Source: a virus
Direction: 5' to 3' (one strand)
IMG/VR virus record: IMGVR_UViG_3300027710_001068
Span: 6,091 to 70,090 of that record
Length of the DNA stretch: 64,000 nucleotides
The translations under genes and the position numbers were made by a program. Shown here in pieces: positions 17,873 to 27,144 of this stretch (positions are counted from its first letter, which is position 1; each line of letters begins with the position of its first letter). The notes beneath the pieces were generated by a model. The model was not told the origin of the DNA. It did no database searches and was given only the letters and a program-made list of their open reading frames with translations.

Positions 17873-18094
17873 ATGTTTTACGCAAACATGGCTATTGATT
17901 CAATTCAAAACGCCAAAATCAACTTCCTCAAACAAACAGTCAAGGAAGATACCCTTCAAAAACCTTTAGTCGATTTCGTTGAGGCACAACGTGTTTTTAC
18001 AAAACAAGTTGCTAAGTCTTACAGCGACGTAATGAGTATTACTGCAGAAACTTTTGCTAACGCAATTTCAGGTATTACGAAAAAAGGAGATTGA
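17873..18094 (+). CDS. Small helical protein (phasin-like)
   Basis: Strong TAGGAG SD; amphipathic AIDSIQNAK..FVEAQ..FTKQ. Confidence 0.6.
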   Translation: MFYANMAIDSIQNAKINFLKQTVKEDTLQKPLVDFVEAQRVFTKQVAKSYSDVMSITAETFANAISGITKKGD

Positions 18095-18095
18095 T

Positions 18096-18608
18096 ATGAC
18101 ATTAGGTAATATTGCTTTTGGTCCTGCTTTCAAAGACATGGACAAGTTCTTTGTAGGATTTGACGATCAATTCAATCGTCTTGCAAGACTACATGATGAT
18201 GTAACAAAGAACATTCCTAACTACCCACCTTACAACATCAAGAAAACTGGTGATACAACATATGTTATTGAGTTAGCTGTTGCTGGTTTTGCTAAGCAAG
18301 ATATTGAAATCGAGTTAGCTGATGGTAAGATGGTTATTAAAGGCAATGTTAAAAATGGGGAACAAGAAGATCACTTCCTGTTCAAAGGTATTGCAAACCG
18401 TGCATTCACACGTACATTTGCATTAGAAGATCAGATTGAAGTAAAAAATGCTGAGATGATCAATGGTATGCTTCAAGTGTTTTTGGAAAGAATTATTCCA
18501 GATCACAAGAAACCAAAGAAGATTGAAGTAAAAGAGCCTGGAGCTAAAAAGCAAAAAGCCAGACCAATGGGTGAGTTGCTTCTAGAAGAAGACGAACGTA
18601 ACCTGTAA
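18096..18608 (+). CDS. Small heat shock protein Hsp20
   Basis: NYPPYNI, ELAVAGF, GIANRAF and NGML motifs. Confidence 0.95.
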   Translation: MTLGNIAFGPAFKDMDKFFVGFDDQFNRLARLHDDVTKNIPNYPPYNIKKTGDTTYVIELAVAGFAKQDIEIELADGKMVIKGNVKNGEQEDHFLFKGIANRAFTRTFALEDQIEVKNAEMINGMLQVFLERIIPDHKKPKKIEVKEPGAKKQKARPMGELLLEEDERNL

Positions 18609-18615
18609 ACCAAGC

Positions 18616-18652
18616 AGCCAGCATCCACAAGGTGCTGGCTATTATTTTGTTC
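18616..18652 (+). terminator. Intrinsic terminator after hsp20
   Basis: 10-bp stem AGCCAGCATC/GGTGCTGGCT, then ATTATTTTGTT. Confidence 0.6.
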
Positions 18653-18673
18653 AAAAGACATATGGGTAGAAAC

Positions 18674-18859
18674 ATGCATAAAGAATTAGAACCTCTAGGT
18701 GGAGTTGAGGTCCCACAAGTAAACCAGTTTTGGCAATGGTGCAAACAGATGTTCACACCAGCATATCAGAATGAGATTGAAGCATACCTTTCAGAAAGCG
18801 TTGATCATTCTGATTTGGAAAAGAGACAAGAGCGTTTAATCAGAAGAGGTTTAATATGA
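18674..18859 (+). CDS. DUF3563-like small protein
   Basis: EAYLSESVDHSDLEKR motif. Confidence 0.65.
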   Translation: MHKELEPLGGVEVPQVNQFWQWCKQMFTPAYQNEIEAYLSESVDHSDLEKRQERLIRRGLI

Positions 18860-18954
18860 AAATAATTAAAAGATTTGTTGACTGGATGATAGAAATAGGT
18901 GAAGCTAGAGCTCGTCATTTACGAGACCATCCTTCACTAATGAGATGGTATTAA
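18856..18954 (+). CDS. Small hypothetical protein (32 aa)
   Basis: MKIIKRFVDWMIEIGEARARHL...; GAGG SD and ATGA overlap. Confidence 0.5.
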   Translation: MKIIKRFVDWMIEIGEARARHLRDHPSLMRWY

Positions 18955-18970
18955 TTTAAGGAAATATATT

Positions 18971-19282
18971 ATGGCTTTTATTATGGGTATCCAGTTAGTT
19001 AACGGTACAGATTTGATTGGCACTATTACTGGTCTTAATGATAACAGTGCTTCAACTATCACTATTGAAGATCCAGCACAAGTTGCAATGATGCCTGGCC
19101 AAAGTGGTTCTCCAAACTCCATGAGTATAGGATTACTTCCTTGGGTTCCGTATAGTGAAGAGAGTAAGTTTGTAATCCAAAAGGACAAGATTGTTACATC
19201 TTTTACACCCTCTGTTGACTTGATTAACAATTACAACCGGATCTTTGGTTCCGGTATCCAAATCGCTTCCTCTATCAAGTAA
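18971..19282 (+). CDS. Conserved T4-like Sm-fold hypothetical protein
   Basis: LVNGTDLIG...LLPWVPYS...YNRIFGSGI; TAAGGA SD. Confidence 0.75.
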   Translation: MAFIMGIQLVNGTDLIGTITGLNDNSASTITIEDPAQVAMMPGQSGSPNSMSIGLLPWVPYSEESKFVIQKDKIVTSFTPSVDLINNYNRIFGSGIQIASSIK

Positions 19283-19283
19283 G

Positions 19284-19312
19284 TAGATTTATTCTGTTGG
19301 TTGAGGTACAAT
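19284..19312 (+). promoter_or_regulatory. Sigma70-type promoter for DNA polymerase
   Basis: TAGATT-N17-TACAAT. Confidence 0.55.
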
Positions 19313-19334
19313 ACCCCTTCATTACAAGGGTTAC

Positions 19335-21926
19335 ATGAATTTTTATACGAATATCCACATTCGCGGCAACGAGGTATTGCTTAGGGGTGTAGAAGATGGT
19401 GAGAAGATCCAACTTGCTATTCCTTATAAGCCATACCTCTTCGTTCCTTCACACGACAGCAACACACCATACAAGACCTTGAAAGGTCAGCCTGTCAAAC
19501 GTATTGACTTTGAGTCTATGCGTGAAGCTCGTGACTATGTTGCTCGTTACAAAGAGGTTAACAACTTTCCAATATATGGATTGACTAACTACGGTTATAC
19601 TTTCATTAACGACAAGTATAAAGGTGAGATTAAGTATGATGTGTCTAAAATATCTGTAGTCACAATCGATATCGAGACCGCCTCAGATGATGGATTCCCA
19701 GATATTGAAACTGCAAACAAGCAGATCACTGCTATCACACTCCGTAAGAATGATCAAGTTGTATCGTTTGGATTGAATCCGTATGAGCCAGAGCTGCCTA
19801 ACGTAAAGTACTTCCACTGTGAGAGTGAAGCTCATATGCTTGAGCAATTCATCCAAGTGTGGTCCTCCAAGCAGTTCAGCCCTGACATCATTACAGGCTG
19901 GAACGTTGAGTTCTTTGACATGCCGTACATCGTTAACCGCATACGTCGTGTGCTTGGTGACTACAGTGTGAAGAAGTTATCTCCATGGGGGATTATGAGT
20001 TCCCGTGAGTTTGAGATTATGGGTAAGACGTATAACCTTGAGCAACCGGTTGGCATTACGATTCTCGACTACATGGCTTTGTACAAGAAGTTTTCGTTCT
20101 CACAGCAAGAAAGCTTCAAGCTCGATCACATTGCCTTTGTGGAACTTGGCGAGCGTAAGTTGGACTTTACTGAGCTTGGGTTTGAGACACTCGATGACTT
20201 CTACAAAGGTGACTTCCGCAACTACATGAATTATAACATTCGAGATGTGGATTTGGTTTATCGTTTGGATCAGAAGCTGAAGCTGATTGAGCAAGTGTTT
20301 GCAATTGCATACGATGGTAAGGTTAACTACATCGACACCCTTGCTACTGTTCGTATGTGGGATACAATCATTCACAACTACCTAATGGAAAAAAACATTG
20401 TGGTAGAGAATCCTAAAGTGATTGAGAAACAACGTCAGATTGAAGGAGCTTATGTCAAAGATCCTCAAGTTGGTAAACACAACTGGGTTGTATCTTTTGA
20501 CTTGAACAGTTTGTATCCTCACTTGATCATGCAATACAATATCAGTCCTGAAACATTGACTGGTCAATACTCAAGGTTCGCTAACAGTGAACGGTTCGAT
20601 GATGATGGCACGCTGGTTGATTACAAAGTAACAGATTCGATTGGAATGATTATTGAGGAAAAGGTTCTTGATGATCTTTCGATTCGCAACCAGCTAACTC
20701 AACAGAATGTTACAATCACTCCCACTGGCTGTATGTTCGATCGTGACTACCAAGGGTTCTTACCCAAGCTGATGGAGACGATGTATAACGATCGTTCTAC
20801 ATGGAAGAAGCGGATGATCGAAGCTAAGAAGCAATACGAGAAGACTCCTACCGAAGAGCTTGCTAACGAAATTGCACGTTGCCATAACATGCAACTTGCA
20901 AAGAAGATTCAACTGAACAGTGCTTATGGTGCTTTATCTAACGTATACTTCCGATGGTTTGATCCCCGACTGGCTGAGTCTATTACAAAGGCTGGCCAGC
21001 TATCAATCCGTTGGGTAGAGAAGAAGATGAACGAGCATCTTAACAAGCTATTTAAGACGACTGGTGAGGATTATGTAATTGCTTGTGATACAGACTCGTT
21101 GTACATCCGGTTTGAGAGGTTGGTTGACATGGTGTTCAAAGATCAGACTGATCACCAGAAGATTGTTGGTTTCCTCGATAAGGCTTGCGAAGAAAAGTTC
21201 GAGCCTTTCATTGATAAGTGCTACGAAGAGCTTGCTGTTCACGTTAATGGTTATCAACAGAAGATGAAGATGAAGCGTGAAGCGATTGCTAACAAAGGCA
21301 TTTGGACTGCAAAGAAGCACTACATCCTGAATGTGTATAACAACGAAGGTGTTTCCTACAAGGAGCCTAAACTAAAGATGCAGGGGATTGAGGCTGTAAG
21401 AAGCTCCACTCCATCTGCATGCCGTGAGTACATTAAGAAGGCTCTTGGTGTGATTATGAACGGTACACAAGAAGAACTAATATCATACATCGAGAGGAGT
21501 AGGGTTGAGTTTAAGAAGAAACCTTTTGAAGAGATTGCATTCCCTCGAAGTGTGAGAGGTCTGAGCAAGTACTACGATTCAAGGAATGGTTACAAGAAAG
21601 CTTCTAGGGCTGGTGTCCCTATTCACGTTAGAGCTGCTCTTGTTCACAATCACTTAATCAAAACCAAGAAGCTAGATAGTACCATCAGTCCAATATACGA
21701 AGGTGAAAAGATTAAGTTCGCTTACCTGACTATGCCCAATCCTGTTCATGAGAATGTCTTTGCTACTACGGGATCTTTACCTAAGCAATTTGGACTAGAG
21801 AGATTCATAGATCATGAAACACAGTTCGACAAAGCATTCGTCGAACCAATCAGAACAATTGTCAACGTGATGGGTTGGACTACTGAAAAGGCCAGCTCTA
21901 CATTGGATGACTTTTTTGGGGACTAA
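19335..21926 (+). CDS. gp43: Family B DNA polymerase
   Basis: DIET exonuclease motif, DLNSLYP, KIQLNSAYG, DTDS; C-terminal clamp-binding TLDDFF. Confidence 0.97.
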   Translation: MNFYTNIHIRGNEVLLRGVEDGEKIQLAIPYKPYLFVPSHDSNTPYKTLKGQPVKRIDFESMREARDYVARYKEVNNFPIYGLTNYGYTFINDKYKGEIKYDVSKISVVTIDIETASDDGFPDIETANKQITAITLRKNDQVVSFGLNPYEPELPNVKYFHCESEAHMLEQFIQVWSSKQFSPDIITGWNVEFFDMPYIVNRIRRVLGDYSVKKLSPWGIMSSREFEIMGKTYNLEQPVGITILDYMALYKKFSFSQQESFKLDHIAFVELGERKLDFTELGFETLDDFYKGDFRNYMNYNIRDVDLVYRLDQKLKLIEQVFAIAYDGKVNYIDTLATVRMWDTIIHNYLMEKNIVVENPKVIEKQRQIEGAYVKDPQVGKHNWVVSFDLNSLYPHLIMQYNISPETLTGQYSRFANSERFDDDGTLVDYKVTDSIGMIIEEKVLDDLSIRNQLTQQNVTITPTGCMFDRDYQGFLPKLMETMYNDRSTWKKRMIEAKKQYEKTPTEELANEIARCHNMQLAKKIQLNSAYGALSNVYFRWFDPRLAESITKAGQLSIRWVEKKMNEHLNKLFKTTGEDYVIACDTDSLYIRFERLVDMVFKDQTDHQKIVGFLDKACEEKFEPFIDKCYEELAVHVNGYQQKMKMKREAIANKGIWTAKKHYILNVYNNEGVSYKEPKLKMQGIEAVRSSTPSACREYIKKALGVIMNGTQEELISYIERSRVEFKKKPFEEIAFPRSVRGLSKYYDSRNGYKKASRAGVPIHVRAALVHNHLIKTKKLDSTISPIYEGEKIKFAYLTMPNPVHENVFATTGSLPKQFGLERFIDHETQFDKAFVEPIRTIVNVMGWTTEKASSTLDDFFGD

Positions 21927-21927
21927 G

Positions 21928-22203
21928 ATGGATTTAAACGAAGACGATGACTTTGGTTTTTCAGCTGTTAGTGAGGAAGAGCTCAAGAAGTATGAGAACG
22001 AACTCAAAGCAGCTGTTGACGAAACCACAACAACTGCTGTACAATTGGAAGATAGATTGGCAAAGCTGTATGCAGCAATTATTCCACTGCTTAACAATCT
22101 AGAAAAGAATCCAGATAAAGAATACATTCTTTGGCCTGGCCGTGATAAGAAAATTAAGCAATTTAAAATCAAGCTTAAAAACATCTACGAAGGTAAATCA
22201 TGA
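21928..22203 (+). CDS. Conserved phage hypothetical protein
   Basis: DDFGFSAVSEEEL...PLLNNL..NP.KEYI.WP.R. Confidence 0.75.
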   Translation: MDLNEDDDFGFSAVSEEELKKYENELKAAVDETTTTAVQLEDRLAKLYAAIIPLLNNLEKNPDKEYILWPGRDKKIKQFKIKLKNIYEGKS

Positions 22204-22379
22204 GTGATTTTGAAGTACATCCAATTGGTACAACAGAAGAGATTCGTTTGTCGAGGGCTCTTGCAAGAGAAATTCAACAAATAACAGAACAGTATGGTGG
22301 AGTGGTCCCTCATAATGTTATGACAGCGTATAATAAACTTTACGAGTGCTATATTAAACACATTAAAGAGGAAGTGTAG
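22200..22379 (+). CDS. Hypothetical protein (59 aa)
   Basis: MSDFEVHPIGTTEEIRLSRAL...; AAGGT SD and ATGA overlap. Not in the ORF track. Confidence 0.65.
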   Translation: MSDFEVHPIGTTEEIRLSRALAREIQQITEQYGGVVPHNVMTAYNKLYECYIKHIKEEV

Positions 22380-22380
22380 G

Positions 22381-23025
22381 ATGTTGAGTCCACAAGATTA
22401 TAAAGATATTTTGTTACAAACGGTATCGCAAGAAATTGTTGATGCTGACGTAGCTCGCTACTATAATGATGTACCTGTAGTAAGTAATATTAACTCGGCT
22501 CTGTTTATGAAGTGTTTTGAACACAACCCTCTCACAGATGGGCTTGTTGCTGAGTTTGGTGTGCACACCGGTGGTTCTACTGTATTATTAAAAAACATTT
22601 TCCAAACTACCACCCACGCATTTGACTCTTTCTTAGGATTACCTGAAGATGATGGGCACTTTTTAAAGGGTTGGTTTAACTTAGATGGTAACATTCCTGA
22701 TTTGCTGGTTAACGATCCAGACATTGAAGTTTATCCAGGATGGTTCAGCGAATCGATTCCTCCTTTTGCTGAGAAGTATAAAGAACATTTGAGAATGGTT
22801 AGTGTTGATTGTGACACATACATTGGAGCAAAAGATATCTTTACATTGTTGAAAGATCGTTTTGTTAGCGGCACAACAATCTACTTTGATGAGATGGGTC
22901 TTTATTATGGATGGGAGATTAGAGAGTACAGAGCCTTCCTTGAGTTTATTCAAGAGACTGGATTTGATTATAAGTACATTGGAAAATCAGACAATGATGA
23001 AAGATGTGCGGTAATTTTATTGTAA
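22381..23025 (+). CDS. TylF/MycF-like class I SAM O-methyltransferase
   Basis: EFGV..G.S, FDSF.GLPE, GWF, VDCD.Y and FDE motifs. Confidence 0.85.
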   Translation: MLSPQDYKDILLQTVSQEIVDADVARYYNDVPVVSNINSALFMKCFEHNPLTDGLVAEFGVHTGGSTVLLKNIFQTTTHAFDSFLGLPEDDGHFLKGWFNLDGNIPDLLVNDPDIEVYPGWFSESIPPFAEKYKEHLRMVSVDCDTYIGAKDIFTLLKDRFVSGTTIYFDEMGLYYGWEIREYRAFLEFIQETGFDYKYIGKSDNDERCAVILL

Positions 23026-23039
23026 TTGTGGAGTAATTA

Positions 23040-24065
23040 ATGAGTGATTTTTTAAAAGCGTTGGTCAAAGACCTGAAGGATGAAAATACATCTATTTTGG
23101 AAGATGGTGAGTCTTCTGCTGAGTTTAGTGGTTGTATTGATACTGGTTCGTTTGCACTGAACGCTGTGCTGTCTGGAAGCCTGTACGGTGGTGTCCCTAA
23201 CAACAAGATCACTGCATTTGCAGGTGAGTCTGCCACCGGTAAGACGTTCTTTGTACTAGGCGTTGTTAAACAGTTCCTACAAGACAATCCAACGGGTGGT
23301 GTGATCTATTATGATACTGAGGCTGCTGTCACTAGAGACATGATGGCAACTCGTGGTATTGATCCTAAGCGAGTGATCATTGCAGAGCCTGATACAATTC
23401 AGAAATTCCGTACTCATGCTTTGAAGGTCATTGAGTCATATGAGAAAGCACCGAAGGATACTCGTCCTCCGATGCTGATGGTACTAGATAGTCTTGGTCT
23501 GTTGTCAACATCAAAAGAAGTTGAAGACTCTACTGAAGGCAAAGATGTTCGTGACATGACGAAGTCCCAATTGATCAAGGGAGCTTTCCGTGTCCTTACT
23601 TTGAAGCTAGCACAAGTTGGTATTCCAATGCTAGTAACAAATCACGTGTATGAAGTCATTGGTTCTTATGTACCTACGAAGGAGATGGGTGGTGGTTCAG
23701 GTCTCAAATATGCAGCTAGCACGATTGCTTTTCTCGGAAAGAAAAAGGAAAAAGATGGAGATGGAGATGTTGTTGGCAACATCATCAAAATCAAAATGCA
23801 AAAGTCCCGATTTACCAAAGAGCACAGTCAAGTCGAAGTGTTACTTACTTTTAACAAAGGACTCGACAGGTACTATGGTCTTTTAGATATTGCAGAAAAG
23901 TATGGTATTTTTAAGAAGGTATCTACTCGGTACGAATTGCCTGACGGCAAGACTGCTTTTGGTAAGCAGATTAACAGTGATCCTGAAAAGTATTACACCA
24001 CAGAAGTAATGGAGCAACTAGAAAAAGCAGTTGCTAAAGAATTCAAGTACGGTAACAACGAATGA
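23040..24065 (+). CDS. uvsX: RecA-like recombinase
   Basis: GESATGKT, YDTE, LDSLG and GGGSGLKY motifs. Confidence 0.96.
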   Translation: MSDFLKALVKDLKDENTSILEDGESSAEFSGCIDTGSFALNAVLSGSLYGGVPNNKITAFAGESATGKTFFVLGVVKQFLQDNPTGGVIYYDTEAAVTRDMMATRGIDPKRVIIAEPDTIQKFRTHALKVIESYEKAPKDTRPPMLMVLDSLGLLSTSKEVEDSTEGKDVRDMTKSQLIKGAFRVLTLKLAQVGIPMLVTNHVYEVIGSYVPTKEMGGGSGLKYAASTIAFLGKKKEKDGDGDVVGNIIKIKMQKSRFTKEHSQVEVLLTFNKGLDRYYGLLDIAEKYGIFKKVSTRYELPDGKTAFGKQINSDPEKYYTTEVMEQLEKAVAKEFKYGNNE

Positions 24066-24655
24066 TTGAAGATAAAGTCAGACAGGTATTAGCAGGCATT
24101 CCTTCTGCTTGGGGTGATGGAAACACAACAGGCCACGTAGTGTTTGTTGATTGGTTGATTGAAGAGATGAAACCTAAAGTTACTGTAGACTTGGGGATCG
24201 ATTATGGATATTCATTGATTGCTTTTGCCCATAACAATCCAGGTAAGGTATTTGGCATTGATGGATTTGAAGGGGATGAATGGACTGGTAACAGAAACAC
24301 ATACGATCAAGTATGTGGTCATATTGCAAATCTACAATTAAATAATGTAACTTTAATTAAAGGTTACTTTGATGATGTTGTTAAGACTTGGGATACTAAT
24401 ATCGATCTGTTACACATTGATGGATTCCATTCCTATGAAGCAGTTAAGAACGACTTTGAAAAGTGGTCAGGATTTGTTCCTAACACAGGGGTGATATTGT
24501 TCCATGATACTGATAGTCATGATGCACGGTTTGGTGTCAAGCAGTTCTTCAATGAAATCGATATGCCTAAACATGAGTTGATGGGGTTCCAAGGTTTAGG
24601 TATAGTATCTAATAACAAAAAACTAATGAAGAAGATTAAAGAATATACACCATGA
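24062..24655 (+). CDS. Class I SAM methyltransferase (Methyltransf_24-like)
   Basis: VDLGIDYGYS, LHIDGFHSYE and FHDT motifs. Confidence 0.85.
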   Translation: MIEDKVRQVLAGIPSAWGDGNTTGHVVFVDWLIEEMKPKVTVDLGIDYGYSLIAFAHNNPGKVFGIDGFEGDEWTGNRNTYDQVCGHIANLQLNNVTLIKGYFDDVVKTWDTNIDLLHIDGFHSYEAVKNDFEKWSGFVPNTGVILFHDTDSHDARFGVKQFFNEIDMPKHELMGFQGLGIVSNNKKLMKKIKEYTP

Positions 24656-26031
24656 TCGAACAAAGTATTCTCTCTAACCTAATCAACAATGAGCAATACT
24701 TCCGCAAATCAATTCCCTTCCTTAAACAAGATTACTTTCAAGACCGATCACACAAACTAGCTTTCAAGTTGATAGATGACTACGTTAGAAAGTATTCATC
24801 GCAACCAACAACCAAAGCACTTGTTATTGATCTTGAGAACGAACCTCTTAATCAAGATGAGATTGATAATGTAAGGATGTTGATCAACAACTTTGATGTT
24901 GAGCCGATCAAAGATAATGAATGGTTGTTAGATCAGACTGAGAAGTTTTGCCAAGACAAAGCGATCTACAATGCTATCATGAGTAGTATTACTATCTTGG
25001 ATGGTAAGACTGATAAGACAAAGAATGCTATTCCTCAAATACTATCAGATGCGTTGGCTGTATCTTTTGATACTAATATTGGCCACGACTTTTTAGAAGA
25101 TGCAGAATCACGTTATGAATTTTATCACAAGAAAGAGCAAAGAATTCCTTTCGACCTTGAGTACTTTAATAAGATTACAAAAGGCGGCGTCCCTAATAAG
25201 ACTCTCAATATTGCACTTGCTGGTACTGGTGTTGGTAAGTCTTTGTTCATGTGTCATTGTGCAGCAGCAAATCTCACAAGGGGAAATAATGTACTTTACA
25301 TTACGCTAGAGATGTCTGAAGAGAAGATTGCTGAACGTATTGATGCTAACCTTCTCAATGTGACCGTTGATGAGCTTGCCATGCTTCCTAAGGATGCTTA
25401 CGATAAGAAGATTGAACGGGTAAGAGGTAAGACGACTGGTAAACTGATCATTAAAGAATACCCAACAGCAACAGCTGGTTCTGCTAACTTTAGACATTTG
25501 TTTAATGAGCTGAAGATCAAAAAGGGTTTTACTCCTGATATTGTTTACATTGACTATTTGAATATTTGTAATTCTTCTAGGATGAAACAAGGTGGCAGCG
25601 TTAACAGTTACACATATATTAAGGCGATTGCGGAGGAGCTTCGTGGTTTGGCGGTCGAGCAGAATGTACCGATTATCTCGGCGACTCAGACTACTCGTTC
25701 TGGATTCACAAATACAGACCTTGGACTCGAAGATACAAGTGAGTCGTTTGGACTACCAGCAACAGCAGACTTCATGTTCGCACTCATCAGCTCAGAAGAG
25801 CTCCAAGACTTAAACCAGATGATGGTCAAGCAGTTGAAGAATCGTTATAGCGATCCATCAACCAATAGAAAGTTTGTGATTGGTGTTGACCGTCCTAAGA
25901 TGAAACTTTATGATGTTGAGCAAAAAGCTCAAGCTGACCTTGCTGATGATAAGAAGGACGATGATTCACCTTTGTTTGACAGGTCTAAAAACTCTAAGTT
26001 CGACAAGAACTTGTTCAAAGCGTTTAGTTAA
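24652..26031 (+). CDS. gp41: Replicative DnaB-like helicase
   Basis: AGTGVGKS, IDYLNIC, SATQTTR, ESFGLPATAD and QLKNRY motifs. Confidence 0.97.
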   Translation: MIEQSILSNLINNEQYFRKSIPFLKQDYFQDRSHKLAFKLIDDYVRKYSSQPTTKALVIDLENEPLNQDEIDNVRMLINNFDVEPIKDNEWLLDQTEKFCQDKAIYNAIMSSITILDGKTDKTKNAIPQILSDALAVSFDTNIGHDFLEDAESRYEFYHKKEQRIPFDLEYFNKITKGGVPNKTLNIALAGTGVGKSLFMCHCAAANLTRGNNVLYITLEMSEEKIAERIDANLLNVTVDELAMLPKDAYDKKIERVRGKTTGKLIIKEYPTATAGSANFRHLFNELKIKKGFTPDIVYIDYLNICNSSRMKQGGSVNSYTYIKAIAEELRGLAVEQNVPIISATQTTRSGFTNTDLGLEDTSESFGLPATADFMFALISSEELQDLNQMMVKQLKNRYSDPSTNRKFVIGVDRPKMKLYDVEQKAQADLADDKKDDDSPLFDRSKNSKFDKNLFKAFS

Positions 26032-26216
26032 TGTCTAACTTTATTTTTGCAAGTATCTTCTTTATTATTATTTTTCCATTGGCTGTGTTTCTAAACACAC
26101 TGTTAGTTTTGTATGAGTACTGTATATTCTTGTTCCACCTTCCTATAAATATTTACAAATTATGTTTAGAAGTTGTAGTAACAATAAAGACACGCCATGG
26201 TTCTGATATTCAATGA
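26031..26216 (+). CDS. Small membrane protein
   Basis: Highly hydrophobic 61-aa ORF with a TAATG overlap. Confidence 0.5.
   Translation: MSNFIFASIFFIIIFPLAVFLNTLLVLYEYCIFLFHLPINIYKLCLEVVVTIKTRHGSDIQ
26144..26151 (+). promoter_or_regulatory. T4-type late promoter
   Basis: TATAAATA, 45 nt upstream of ATG 26197. Confidence 0.65.
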
Positions 26217-26802
26217 CAAATTTAGCGAACAACTTCAACAAGAGGTCTGCGATGCAGTTAACTTCTTTTCCGATCAACTCTTCTCTACCAAACTCTGCAA
26301 GCACATAGTCATTGAGCTTGAATTAAAAAGTAACTTCAAGGACCATGGCGATTGCGAAGTATTAGAGTACAACTCCCAACGCAAGCCCAGATCGTTTAAG
26401 ATTCGTCTTCGAAAGAAGAAGAGTCATAAATCTTTAATTAAAACTCTTGCACATGAACTTGTCCACGTCAAGCAATTTGCGTTGGGTGAGATGTCTGAGT
26501 TCCATGATCGTTGGAGAGATGGTGTTGACCATAAAGATACTGAATACTTCGATCTTCCTTGGGAAATAGAAGCAAGGATGATGGAGCACGTTTTGTATGA
26601 TAAGTATAAGAATAGTGGGTTGCCTAAAAGGCAGGACGCTGTTATAATAGAAGATAGTATGCGGGGTTCGTATAGTGGTAATACCTTAGCCTTCCAAGCT
26701 AAAGCTGACAGTTCGATTCTGTTACCCCGCTCCAATCAGGAGTATCATGGAATTAATCTTTCTAGTGATGTTTGTTCTAGTAATGCTTTACAGGAACAGT
26801 AG
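26197..26802 (+). CDS. Zinc metallopeptidase (HExxH); reading frame continues through tRNA-Gly
   Basis: TLAHELVHVKQ...PWEIEA. Confidence 0.8.
   Translation: MVLIFNDKFSEQLQQEVCDAVNFFSDQLFSTKLCKHIVIELELKSNFKDHGDCEVLEYNSQRKPRSFKIRLRKKKSHKSLIKTLAHELVHVKQFALGEMSEFHDRWRDGVDHKDTEYFDLPWEIEARMMEHVLYDKYKNSGLPKRQDAVIIEDSMRGSYSGNTLAFQAKADSSILLPRSNQEYHGINLSSDVCSSNALQEQ
26620..26648 (+). promoter_or_regulatory. Sigma70-type promoter for tRNA-Gly
   Basis: TTGCCT-N17-TATAAT, 12 nt before the tRNA. Confidence 0.75.
26661..26734 (+). tRNA. tRNA-Gly (TCC)
   Basis: Cloverleaf with GCGGGGT/ACCCCGC acceptor, anticodon arm TTAGC-CTTCCAA-GCTAA, TTCGATT T-loop and encoded CCA. Confidence 0.95.
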
Positions 26803-27046
26803 CCAATCATTACAACAAGAAGAGTTGGATGATGAGGAAGAAATTTCTGTTGTGTTAATCAAAGTAGAGAAATATAATGATCAAATATATTTTTGGGATA
26901 AGGAGACCGGAGACTTTCTTATCCAAGGCAGAGATATGAATGAAATTGTTGCTAAGGCCAAAAAGTATTTCCCTGAGCAATACTTTTGTATTGAACAAGA
27001 AGATGTTGATAAGTATAATTTAAGAGTGGAAGAAACTCCTGTTTGA
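26747..27046 (+). CDS. Hypothetical protein with N-terminal membrane anchor
   Basis: AGGAG SD; hydrophobic N-terminus; FLIQG. Confidence 0.75.
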   Translation: MELIFLVMFVLVMLYRNSSQSLQQEELDDEEEISVVLIKVEKYNDQIYFWDKETGDFLIQGRDMNEIVAKAKKYFPEQYFCIEQEDVDKYNLRVEETPV

Positions 27047-27052
27047 TCCATC

Positions 27053-27128
27053 GCGCTGGTAGCTCAATGGTCAGAGCAGCGGACTCATAATCCGTTGGTT
27101 AGGGGTTCAAGTCCCTTCCGGCGTACCA
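27053..27128 (+). tRNA. tRNA with CAT anticodon, probably tRNA-Ile2 (lysidine); elongator Met not excluded
   Basis: Cloverleaf with GCGGA-CTCATAA-TCCGT, TTCAAGT T-loop, C4-G69, A73 and CCA; resembles ileX-type tRNAs. Confidence 0.9.
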
Positions 27129-27144
27129 TATAATAGAGTAGTAC

